Source: an uncultured Smithella sp.
GTDB lineage: Bacteria > Desulfobacterota > Syntrophia > Syntrophales > Smithellaceae
Length of the DNA stretch: 64,000 nt
Direction: 5' to 3'
Assembly (NCBI GenBank): GCA_964632255.1
Contig: CAZWCA010000002.1
Span: forward strand, 37,611-101,610
This document shows positions 46,196-54,879 of the stretch, one piece after another (the first letter of the stretch is position 1; every line of letters starts with the position of its first letter). The position numbers were made by a program, and so were the translations under genes. The notes below the pieces were generated by a model. It was not told where the DNA came from. It made no database searches and was given only the letters and a program-made list of their open reading frames with translations.

Positions 46196-47248
46196 CTACA
46201 TACTGATTAGGCATCGTCCACCTGTTTTGCCTGATCTCATCATTTCTATAGCAATATTTATATCTCTCAATGGTAGACGTTCTGTTATAAGTTCACGAAG
46301 CTTGATTCGTCCAACACGATAGAGTTGCTGGTAACGCGGAATGTCAAGATGGGGCATTGCCTCGCCGCCATGTGAACCACTAAGCCCTTTGCCGAAGTGC
46401 AACGGCAGCGAGTAGATATTGATATTTTTTCCTTTGCGCGGCACACCGACAAGCGTAACCCGACCCTGAGGTTTTGTAATCTGGTAACCGAACTCAATAA
46501 TTTCCGGCTGGCCTGTGTTATCAATAAAAGCATCAACGCCGGCATTTCCGGCGATATCTAAAATTGCCTGCCTGACATCATCTGAACTGCTGTTGATGAT
46601 ATGCGTAGCACCTATCATTTTGGCCAGTTCCAATTTCTTCTCATATAAATCCACAGCAATAATAGGATAAGCACTGACAAGAGATGCAGCCTGAATGATA
46701 TTGAGACCGATTCCTCCAGCCCCATAAACTACCACTGATTCACCGATGCGAACTTTTGCATTGTTTTCAACAATGCCGAAACCGGTTGTAACAGCACAAC
46801 CAAACAGAGCGGCTACTTCCAAATCACTGTCATCGGGAATAGCCGTAACGCGGTTTTCGGATACGATGGCGTACTCATTAAAAGTAGTAACCCACCCGGC
46901 ATTTACTTTATGTCCTTGCCATAAAAAACGCGGTGTTTCTGATTCGATGCCTAATCCTTTACGCCAGTGTAAAACAACTTTATTACCAATTTTAACATGA
47001 CGAACTCCGGGACCTATGTCAACAACTGACCCCGATGCTTCATGTCCGAGAAGGTGCGGTAAAAAATTATCCTCTCCTTTTGCGCCGTCAATTTCACCGA
47101 GCTGGGAACCGCAGATACCGCTGAAATGGATTTTTACAAGAACTTGGCCTACCATTAGTTTTTCAGGCATAGTTATTTCAGCAACGACAAGGGGTTCCTT
47201 CAGTTTAGTGAGAACCGCGGCTTTCATTGTTTTGGGAATATTTGTCAT
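46196..47248 (-). CDS. Zinc-type medium-chain dehydrogenase/reductase (MDR)
   Basis: The start is placed at the ATG at 47248 (MTNIPKTMKAAVL), which avoids overlap with the upstream gene. GHEASGSVVDIG and the Rossmann VVVYGAGGIGL are present. Confidence 0.8.
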   Translation of the reverse strand: MTNIPKTMKAAVLTKLKEPLVVAEITMPEKLMVGQVLVKIHFSGICGSQLGEIDGAKGEDNFLPHLLGHEASGSVVDIGPGVRHVKIGNKVVLHWRKGLGIESETPRFLWQGHKVNAGWVTTFNEYAIVSENRVTAIPDDSDLEVAALFGCAVTTGFGIVENNAKVRIGESVVVYGAGGIGLNIIQAASLVSAYPIIAVDLYEKKLELAKMIGATHIINSSSDDVRQAILDIAGNAGVDAFIDNTGQPEIIEFGYQITKPQGRVTLVGVPRKGKNINIYSLPLHFGKGLSGSHGGEAMPHLDIPRYQQLYRVGRIKLRELITERLPLRDINIAIEMMRSGKTGGRCLISM

Positions 47249-47255
47249 AATTCCT

Positions 47256-47927
47256 TTACTCAAAATAGATAAATGAATGATCGCCGGTGTAGCCGGTTTG
47301 TTTGAACCACCAGTTCCACTCGTCCGGCGTGCAGAATGCTTCACATGTCACTTGCCAATATAAGAGATTCGCTTTTTCCGTTTCGTTGCGATAGGACTCC
47401 ACACAAAGATATTTATTTTCTTTTCCAACTCTTTCCATTTCACGAAGAGCGCGATCAAGATCGTAATTATGCAAATTATGCAGTGTTGTAATCGAATAAG
47501 TTAAATCAAAATAATTATCGGGAAAAGGCAAGTCATTGGCATTTGCAGCTTTCAGGCGATCCCTGATTTCCTCCTTTGCATTGTCAATTGCATAGCGGGA
47601 TATATCTATGCCGAATATTTCGATTCCGGGAACCAGCAGTGACATTTCATAAAGCAGGAATCCTTTGCCGCAGCCAATATCCAGAATTTTATCGCCGGGC
47701 TTAACGTTGTAATGATCGATCATCGCCCGGGCAACCGGAGTCCAGCGCCCTGGTATATAGTGGTAACCTCCAAAACAAATTCTGCGGTCTCCGTCCCAGT
47801 AATCAAAGTCCCATTTTTTGGCCAATTCAGCAGCCTTTGGTTTGGGATAATCCGGGTCATTGACACGGGCAAGATAATCACGCCTGGTGCTTTTATGCAC
47901 AGTGGAAAGAAAATCAATGTAAGCCAT
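47256..47927 (-). CDS. Class I SAM-dependent methyltransferase
   Basis: ILDIGCGKGFLL, GIDISRYAI and YSITTLHNL are present. Confidence 0.8.
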   Translation of the reverse strand: MAYIDFLSTVHKSTRRDYLARVNDPDYPKPKAAELAKKWDFDYWDGDRRICFGGYHYIPGRWTPVARAMIDHYNVKPGDKILDIGCGKGFLLYEMSLLVPGIEIFGIDISRYAIDNAKEEIRDRLKAANANDLPFPDNYFDLTYSITTLHNLHNYDLDRALREMERVGKENKYLCVESYRNETEKANLLYWQVTCEAFCTPDEWNWWFKQTGYTGDHSFIYFE

Positions 47928-48999
47928 TAGTATGAACTCCCAACGGAAAAAATTTGTTCAACATAGTATATGCTTTGTCCAACTGAATAAGTTTACGCTC
48001 CTCCGGATCGGTGTCCGGATCGGCAAAACGACGGCGCCTCGCCGATTCAGGAAGAAATTCATTTAATATTATACAGCACCACTTAATTCGATACAGGGGC
48101 AGGGTAATTAAAGCCCTGTTGATAAGAAGAGCAGGATTCGAGGAAAAGGACATAACTTTCTGCAAAAAATTATCGAAATATTTTATATCAACCGGTACAG
48201 CGGGATGACAAAAGAAATCACATGCCATTTTAGCAGGGTCATCCCAGCCGGCATATTCAAAGTCAAGAAAGTAAACTTTATTATCCCCTCCCAGCAGGGC
48301 ATTATGAAAACCGAAATCCGACGGGGAGATGCAGCGGTACTCCAGTGCGAGAACTTCATCGACATTCATGCCTGAGCTAACCGAAGCCTCAATGACATCA
48401 ATGGCTGTTTTTTCAAAAACACGTTTTAGATGATTGACAAACTCAAAGACTGCCTTATCAATCGGTGTTGTCGGTATAATGTTTGAAAGGCGGGCAATTC
48501 TCTGCCGAACCATCGCGATTTGATTGCTTATGCTAAAGCACGCTTCGGAAGCATCCGGTAAAACATCCTTCATTCCAAAACGAGCCGGACTGTTTAAGCT
48601 CAAAAAAAAGTTTATTGCTTCCTCAATATGACGGGGCGCTAATTCATAAGCTTGAATAGGCCTGCCCTCGATAAATTCGTAAAGTCCTATATGGTTTTTT
48701 AAAATATGGGCTAATGGTTCGGGTACACACCGCAAACCAAGGCAACGAGCATATTCAAGAAATTTGTATTCGGCTTGCAGGCGATCACGCTTATCGGATG
48801 GATGAACAAAATATTGTTTAGCTATATACCGGCGGCTATTTGCCTGAATGACAAAAACACGGTTGTTTCCGCCTCCACTCCGTGGAATGACTGATACACT
48901 TTCAGTCTGTTCGCCTGCAGCCTGCAACAGCACTGAAAAATCCTTATCTTTGCCAAAATCAACCGATGTTGTGTCCATTAAAATAATGAAGAATGTCAA
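47914..48999 (-). CDS. APH/choline-kinase-fold phosphotransferase-like protein (catalytic loop atypical)
   Basis: NRVFVIQANSRRYIAKQY is the nucleotide-lobe Lys context. FLDFEYAGWDDPAKMACDF is the DFE metal-binding motif. The catalytic loop reads FHNALLGGDN rather than HxDxxxxN. Confidence 0.6.
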   Translation of the reverse strand: MTFFIILMDTTSVDFGKDKDFSVLLQAAGEQTESVSVIPRSGGGNNRVFVIQANSRRYIAKQYFVHPSDKRDRLQAEYKFLEYARCLGLRCVPEPLAHILKNHIGLYEFIEGRPIQAYELAPRHIEEAINFFLSLNSPARFGMKDVLPDASEACFSISNQIAMVRQRIARLSNIIPTTPIDKAVFEFVNHLKRVFEKTAIDVIEASVSSGMNVDEVLALEYRCISPSDFGFHNALLGGDNKVYFLDFEYAGWDDPAKMACDFFCHPAVPVDIKYFDNFLQKVMSFSSNPALLINRALITLPLYRIKWCCIILNEFLPESARRRRFADPDTDPEERKLIQLDKAYTMLNKFFPLGVHTNGLH

Positions 49000-49576
49000 T
49001 CCAATTATGCATGGTAATCAAAGAATTTTCAACCGCGCTGTGGTGATGTTCAGGATCAAAAAGAATACGCTGGGCAGTTGCAGGGAAAGCGTCCGCGATT
49101 AATATTTCAGGAAGATCATCAATAAAGTGGGTCGCGGCAGTTGAAGCAATCCTCGTCCATTTTTTCTCTTTAGTGGTTTCAAGGTAAACACTTTTCAAAG
49201 CAACCAGTGGCCCTGTTTCATCTTGAAGATTTTCTTCTATCCACATTTGCGCCGACTTATGTAAATCGTAGCCTGGACCGCGAAAAGGTTTCTTTGTTTT
49301 TTGACTTATGATAGAAATACAAATTCGCTCCGATCTCGCCCACCGAAGAAATTCATATACACCTGGATAAACTTCGGCGTCGGCCATTCGGGCTCCATAA
49401 ACATATCCCTGCATTTCTGTCCAGATCTCTTCCTTATCCATTGATCTCAGCCAGTCGCGTACGGCAAGTTTGGTTGGTTCGATTGTTAGAGGCACAACTT
49501 TCCGCTCCAAGGCTACTCGATGAAATACGCCGTCATAATTGATGATTGTATTGTCAAAATCGATACCAATGTGCAT
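48959..49576 (-). CDS. HAD-superfamily hydrolase/phosphatase
   Basis: The N-terminal MHIGIDFDNTII carries the DxDxT motif. Confidence 0.7.
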   Translation of the reverse strand: MHIGIDFDNTIINYDGVFHRVALERKVVPLTIEPTKLAVRDWLRSMDKEEIWTEMQGYVYGARMADAEVYPGVYEFLRWARSERICISIISQKTKKPFRGPGYDLHKSAQMWIEENLQDETGPLVALKSVYLETTKEKKWTRIASTAATHFIDDLPEILIADAFPATAQRILFDPEHHHSAVENSLITMHNWIDILHYFNGHNIG

Positions 49577-49581
49577 ATGGT

Positions 49582-50514
49582 TTAAAAGTGCAGCGCCGCC
49601 GCTAACTGTTTTGCAATGCTTTGTGCATCAAAGCCGTATTTTTTACGGGCATAAGACTGGCTTCCCACTTCATGCATAAATTCATCGGGTACGCCGAATC
49701 CAATCATATTTGCGAGTTCTCCTTTTTGTCGGATACGCCATTCCGCGATACTGCCGGCTAATCCCCCTATCTGACTGTGCTCTTCACAGACGCCAACTAT
49801 AGGGAAATTGGCAAAAGCATCAAAAAGACGTTCTTCATCAAGCGGTTTAATTGTGTGAAAACTTTCGATGCGTGTTGAGATACCCTGTGCAGCCAGGATG
49901 TCTGCTGCCTTCAGAGCTTCAATCATTACTGTGCCGGCAGCAAGAAGGCAAATATCGTTGCCTTCACGAAGCCGGGTCGCCCGGCCAATTTTGACCGTCG
50001 GCGAATTTTCTAAATGAATAACGGGTTCACCTTTTTTCCCAATTCGAATATAGACAGGGCCTTCCTGATCAAACGATTCCCGCAATAATAGACGTAGTTC
50101 AGTACTGTCACATGGAGCCAGTACGGTCATTCCGGGAAGAACACGAAGAATTGCCAAATCCTCACAGGAATGGTGTGTAGGACCAAGCTCGGCATAGGAT
50201 AGGCCTGATCCGGTGCCGACGATTATAACCGGCGCACCGTGATAACAAATGTCCACCCGTATTTGCTCATAACAGCGGGTGGTAGTAAACGGAGTAATAG
50301 TGTAAATAACCGGCCTCAATCCGGAAAGCGCCATCCCCGTTGCAACTCCCACCATATTGGCTTCTGCAACACCACAGTTGAAAAATCTATTTTGGCGGGT
50401 TTGCTTGAAATTATCGAATAGCTTATTTCCTATATCTCCCGATAGAAGCACAACCTCCTCTTTTCGGGCGCCGATTTGTGTTATCTCATCAGCAAATGCA
50501 TTTCTCATTCGCAT
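49582..50514 (-). CDS. Transketolase, C-terminal (pyrimidine-binding) subunit
   Basis: FNCGVAEANMVGVATGMA is present. It has the size and order typical of split transketolases. Confidence 0.85.
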   Translation of the reverse strand: MRMRNAFADEITQIGARKEEVVLLSGDIGNKLFDNFKQTRQNRFFNCGVAEANMVGVATGMALSGLRPVIYTITPFTTTRCYEQIRVDICYHGAPVIIVGTGSGLSYAELGPTHHSCEDLAILRVLPGMTVLAPCDSTELRLLLRESFDQEGPVYIRIGKKGEPVIHLENSPTVKIGRATRLREGNDICLLAAGTVMIEALKAADILAAQGISTRIESFHTIKPLDEERLFDAFANFPIVGVCEEHSQIGGLAGSIAEWRIRQKGELANMIGFGVPDEFMHEVGSQSYARKKYGFDAQSIAKQLAAALHF

Positions 50515-51338
50515 ATTCCAAGTTCGATCCTGGCTTTACGCACTTCATTAGCGGTAGGAATACGATAATGCCAGTTGTTGTCATCTTCCATGAAAGAAAC
50601 GCCTTTGCCTTTGATTGTATGGGCGATAATAGCCACAGGTTTACCTGTACCGTCAGGCAAACGGCCCATTAAATCAGTTAACAGGCACATATCGTGTCCG
50701 TCAATTTCATATGCGCTCCAACCGAAGGCGCGCCATTTTTCAATTAGAGGAGAAAGCATCATAACTTCTTCACTGCGGCCCGTTGCCTGCCATTTATTAA
50801 AATCAATGATGACCATTAAATTTTCCATTTTTTGAGAAGCGGCAAGCATTGCCGCCTCCCAAACCGCCCCCTCGTTACATTCGCCATCGCTGAGTAAAAC
50901 ACGAACAGGATAATTCCGTTTTTGCATCCGCGCCGCCAGAGCCATTCCCAGTCCTATCGGCAAGCCGTGTCCGAGAGAGCCTGTAGCAGCTTCGATGCCG
51001 GGCAGACGATCAGGGGTCGGCGGATGCTCGGCAAATAAACCGCCGTCCTCGCCATAGGAATCAAGCATAGCTTCCGGGAAAAAACCACGCATAGCCAATA
51101 CATGAAATAATGCCGGTGCACCGTGCCCTTTACTCAAAATAAACCGGTCGCGCTCCGGGCTGCGAGGCGATTCAGGATCAATGTTTAAGACTGCAAAGTA
51201 TGCGGCTACAAGAATATCGAGACAAGAAAGGCATGATCCAAGATGTGGAGTTTCCGTCCGATGCGCATTTTCAATAATTCTGGCGCGAAGAATGCGGGCA
51301 CGTTGTTCAAGATCGTTTATGCGATATGTTTGTTTCAT
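50505..51338 (-). CDS. Transketolase, N-terminal (ThDP-binding) subunit
   Basis: HLGSCLSCLDIL, SKGHGAPALF, GSLGHGLPIGLGMA and LLSDGECNEGAVWEA are present. Confidence 0.85.
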   Translation of the reverse strand: MKQTYRINDLEQRARILRARIIENAHRTETPHLGSCLSCLDILVAAYFAVLNIDPESPRSPERDRFILSKGHGAPALFHVLAMRGFFPEAMLDSYGEDGGLFAEHPPTPDRLPGIEAATGSLGHGLPIGLGMALAARMQKRNYPVRVLLSDGECNEGAVWEAAMLAASQKMENLMVIIDFNKWQATGRSEEVMMLSPLIEKWRAFGWSAYEIDGHDMCLLTDLMGRLPDGTGKPVAIIAHTIKGKGVSFMEDDNNWHYRIPTANEVRKARIELGICE

Positions 51339-51350
51339 GATTAATATTGA

Positions 51351-52346
51351 TCACGGCTTGTGAATGTAATCAAATGGCTGTGATTTGAGTGCCTGAAAAT
51401 TTGCTTTTACCCAGGTAATGCAATCATCAATGCCGGGATCAAGAGCAATTTTATCCTGCCAACCCAAAGCATTCCGTAATTTGCTGCTGTCAAGCATATA
51501 GGCGGCATCCTTGCCCAATCGGTCATCAACGATTTCGACATGGTCATTGAAATCAACGTTCATTTTTCGGCAGATTTGCTCTACCAGATGGCGAATGGAT
51601 ACAATCTCATTTGTGGAAATGTGATAAGTCTCACCAGGATTTCCGTTAACGGCGATACGGTAAGTGGCTTCTGAAACATCGCGCATGTGAATAAAAGATC
51701 GTCGGGAATGGCCGCCGCCATGAAGCTGTATCTTCTTCCTCAGCATAATGAACAGAATGGTACGGGGAATAATCCGGTAAAGCTGCTGCCCCGGACCGTA
51801 GACATTGGCTGCACGGGTAAAGACAACGGGAAAGTTATAAGCTTCGAAGAAGGTACGGAGGCTCATATCGGAGGCGGCACGGGATACTGCATACGGGGTG
51901 CTTGGATAAAACGGTGCATCCTCAGTGATGAAACCATTGGTGCTTCCATAAACTTCCGGTGTTGTTACATGTACATACTTCTTTAAAAAATTCCTTTGCC
52001 GGAGACGATTATGCAATCGGACGCAGGATACAGTATTGGTCATAAACCAGTGATCCGGATTTTTCCAGCTTTCGCCAACCATGCTTTGAGCGGCAAAGTT
52101 AACAATATAGTCGGGCCTCTCCGTGTCAACAATGTCCATTATCTTCTCAAAATCATGATTGAGGTCAGACTGAAAAAATTTAAATCGATCAGTGCTATCA
52201 AACCATTTATACGGTAGAAAACAGGTATCAGCCTCCGAAGATCTGCTTATGCCGCAAATATTATGTCCTTTCTCCAGCAGATAAGAAATAAATGTGGCAC
52301 CGGAAAAGGAATTACTTCCAATAACCAGGAATTCACATTTTGTCAT
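51351..52346 (-). CDS. Extended-SDR NDP-sugar dehydratase/epimerase-like protein with YxxxR in place of YxxxK
   Basis: FLVIGSNSFSGATFISYLL is the Rossmann motif. STPYAVSRAASDM aligns with the dehydratase block PYSASKAASD but has Arg at the Lys position. Confidence 0.7.
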   Translation of the reverse strand: MTKCEFLVIGSNSFSGATFISYLLEKGHNICGISRSSEADTCFLPYKWFDSTDRFKFFQSDLNHDFEKIMDIVDTERPDYIVNFAAQSMVGESWKNPDHWFMTNTVSCVRLHNRLRQRNFLKKYVHVTTPEVYGSTNGFITEDAPFYPSTPYAVSRAASDMSLRTFFEAYNFPVVFTRAANVYGPGQQLYRIIPRTILFIMLRKKIQLHGGGHSRRSFIHMRDVSEATYRIAVNGNPGETYHISTNEIVSIRHLVEQICRKMNVDFNDHVEIVDDRLGKDAAYMLDSSKLRNALGWQDKIALDPGIDDCITWVKANFQALKSQPFDYIHKP

Positions 52347-52953
52347 TTTTTTTCACCGGTGTTTTAAGAAATTGCATAATCATGTGTCCGACAACGAGTT
52401 GGAGATCTTCGCTGATTTGCATATCATCAATAGGAAAATGGATCGGGACGTCGGCCATCTTTTTCGCTACTCCGCCGGTATAACCAAGGATTGCGAAGCT
52501 TCTGATTCCCTGTGCCTGTGCCTGTTCAAGTACATGGATAATATTGGGTGAGTTGCCGCTGCCGGACAAAACAATTAGAATGTCCCGGGGACGGCCATGA
52601 ACCGCTAGTTGAAGAGAAAAAATATTTTCATATCCTTCATCGTTAGCCAGACAAGTCATCACCGACGGATTGGCCGAAAGTGCTACTGCACGAAGTCCCG
52701 GTTTCTGCGACCCGGAAACACCATAAAGGAAATCATTGGCCAGATGAATGGCATTTGCAGCGCTGCCGCCATTCCCGCAAATCATCACACCACGGTCTTC
52801 CTCCCAGCAGGACTTCAAAGCGACAGCCAATTCCTTAACACCAGTCCACTCAAAATTTACCAGAATAGACTGCAGTTTTGCAGCATATTCATCGAAGTGA
52901 TTCAGCCTTAAATTTAATTGATCGTTCATTAGATAATGAATTTTTGCATCCAT
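52333..52953 (-). CDS. gmhA: SIS-domain sedoheptulose-7-phosphate isomerase (GmhA-like)
   Basis: CGNGGSAANAIHLANDF and LIVLSGSGNSPN are GmhA/SIS motifs. Confidence 0.75.
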   Translation of the reverse strand: MDAKIHYLMNDQLNLRLNHFDEYAAKLQSILVNFEWTGVKELAVALKSCWEEDRGVMICGNGGSAANAIHLANDFLYGVSGSQKPGLRAVALSANPSVMTCLANDEGYENIFSLQLAVHGRPRDILIVLSGSGNSPNIIHVLEQAQAQGIRSFAILGYTGGVAKKMADVPIHFPIDDMQISEDLQLVVGHMIMQFLKTPVKKNDKM

Positions 52954-53864
52954 TTCAAATTATAGCAGCAATCTTCATCTTTCAATTCACCGGTATTATA
53001 TTTTTCAATAATTTCCATAATGGCTTCTTCGACTGTTCTTTTGGGATAAAAGCCGGTTTCCAAGAGTTTATCTGAGTTAACTCTGTAAGATCTTGGATCG
53101 TTAGACTCAGTCACGATAATTTCGGCTGGAACATAATGTGTCACTATCCTGGCAATGTCGAGAATTGATATGTTTTCAAACCCGGCATTAAAGATACCGC
53201 TGATATCGGGATGATCAAGTAGAAAGACATAAAGATCGGTGATGTCTTCAATGTGAATGTTCGGACGAACCTGATTGCCTCCAAATACCGTGATTTTATT
53301 ATTACTCAAAGCTTGCATGGTGAGCATGTTTACGGAAACGTCAAGTCGCATGCGCGGCGAAAAACCGCACACGGTAGCAGGCCGAACAATCTGAACAATC
53401 ATATCATTTGCATAGCTCAACAAAACACGCTCTGCGATCATTTTAGTTTTGTTATATACGGAAATTGGCTTCAGCGTTAAATCTTCAGTCACTTTCGGCT
53501 CTTCTTTAACACCGTAAACACTTCCGGACGAAGCATAAATAAAATGTTTGACGCCGCACTTTACGGCTTTATCAGCAAGCTGCATCGTCGCCAGCGCACT
53601 TATTTCCCACGTTAGATTTGGATCAAGATCGCTGCAAGGATCATTGGCAACGGAGGATAAATGAATAATTGCATCAATACCATTTAAAGCAATTTCTTCG
53701 ATCTTGCGGACATCCTGTTGAAGAACAGTCAGGCTGGAATGCGGTTTAAGAAAGTTGCCGAACCACATAATATCCAGAGCAATGACTTCATGGCCGGCAT
53801 TTAGCAACTTGGGAACAAGGACTGTTCCCTTATAACCGCATGCACCAGTGACCAATACCTTCAT
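52929..53864 (-). CDS. NAD-dependent epimerase/dehydratase (extended SDR), first gene of the long minus-strand operon
   Basis: MKVLVTGACGYKGTVLV and the catalytic YNKTK are present. Confidence 0.75.
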   Translation of the reverse strand: MKVLVTGACGYKGTVLVPKLLNAGHEVIALDIMWFGNFLKPHSSLTVLQQDVRKIEEIALNGIDAIIHLSSVANDPCSDLDPNLTWEISALATMQLADKAVKCGVKHFIYASSGSVYGVKEEPKVTEDLTLKPISVYNKTKMIAERVLLSYANDMIVQIVRPATVCGFSPRMRLDVSVNMLTMQALSNNKITVFGGNQVRPNIHIEDITDLYVFLLDHPDISGIFNAGFENISILDIARIVTHYVPAEIIVTESNDPRSYRVNSDKLLETGFYPKRTVEEAIMEIIEKYNTGELKDEDCCYNLKWMQKFII

Positions 53865-54681
53865 CTATTGTACTCCCTTAAATCTAAAAAATTATATTTA
53901 TAAAAGAATCAAATCATTCATTCGAAACGATTTCACCTTTTTCGAGACGAATAACCTGTTACATTGATTCCGAATAAGTGTATGATTATGAGAGGCCAAA
54001 ACTACGATTTTGGTGGAATTAACAGACCGGAGAATTCAACTACGTCTTCAACCAGGGCCTATATTTGTTTTTTCCATATTCCGCATCAAAACTCTTAGGA
54101 GCGATGATGGCGTTGCTTTATATCTTGCCAGGCAAGATGACCAGATATTGTTTCCCGTTATTTAATCGGAACTTATATATAGCTCCGCTTTCTGAGTTAC
54201 ATTGATACGCATCTCAAAAAATATGCAATGAAACGAATAATGATTTGTTATACATTTTTTATGCTTTTGCTTTAATCCGGCTAATTATGACCGTTATTTC
54301 TTTGTTATTTAAATTTACAATGTATTACTTTTTTTACAACGATAGACGAAAGAGTGGATAAAAGTAGGTTAAAACTATTATATGAATATTTGAATTTTGT
54401 ATCAGTAAACAACTTCCAGCAAGTCAGGGAACGGCTCAGCAAGAAGCAGGAATGGAGCAGTAAATAAGGAACACACTTACACAAAATCAGGCTGCAAATG
54501 CTTTATGGATAATTTAGGATTTTCTTAACCCTCTTCTGCCAAGTGGGCTTCCGAGTCGTCGGGTAAAGGGGAGCGCCCTTAAGCAAGGTGCTTCCTTTTA
54601 TTTTGCAATTTGCAGGACATCTTATTTTGATTTCGTACTTTCGTCTTACTTGAACAGGGAGCAAATAGGAGGTCAATAATC

Positions 54682-54879
54682 ATGAGGTATTATATTTGTC
54701 CCAATGGTGATTTTTCTACTGTAGATGGTCATTTTCATTTTTGTGTTAAATGCGGATCAAAACTGATTAGCAGTTGTCCTTTATGCGGAAGAGATATAAA
54801 ATCCGCTGAAGCAAAGTTCTGTCATAATTGCGGTGCTCCTCTTTTCCCTGAGAAAAAAAGTGAATTGAGAATTTCATAG
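54682..54879 (+). CDS. Small double zinc-ribbon protein
   Basis: 65 aa with four CxxC-type pairs: CPNG, CVKCG, CPLCG and CHNCG. AGGAGG lies 9 nt upstream of the ATG. Confidence 0.55.
   Translation: MRYYICPNGDFSTVDGHFHFCVKCGSKLISSCPLCGRDIKSAEAKFCHNCGAPLFPEKKSELRIS

Noticed and set aside
54400-54680. Possible riboswitch or sRNA upstream of the zinc-ribbon gene (CAGCAAG-like repeats, GC-richer segment 54530-54600)
   Set aside because: I could not identify a convincing helix set or a match to any riboswitch consensus that I can recall. The evidence is insufficient for even a low-confidence call.
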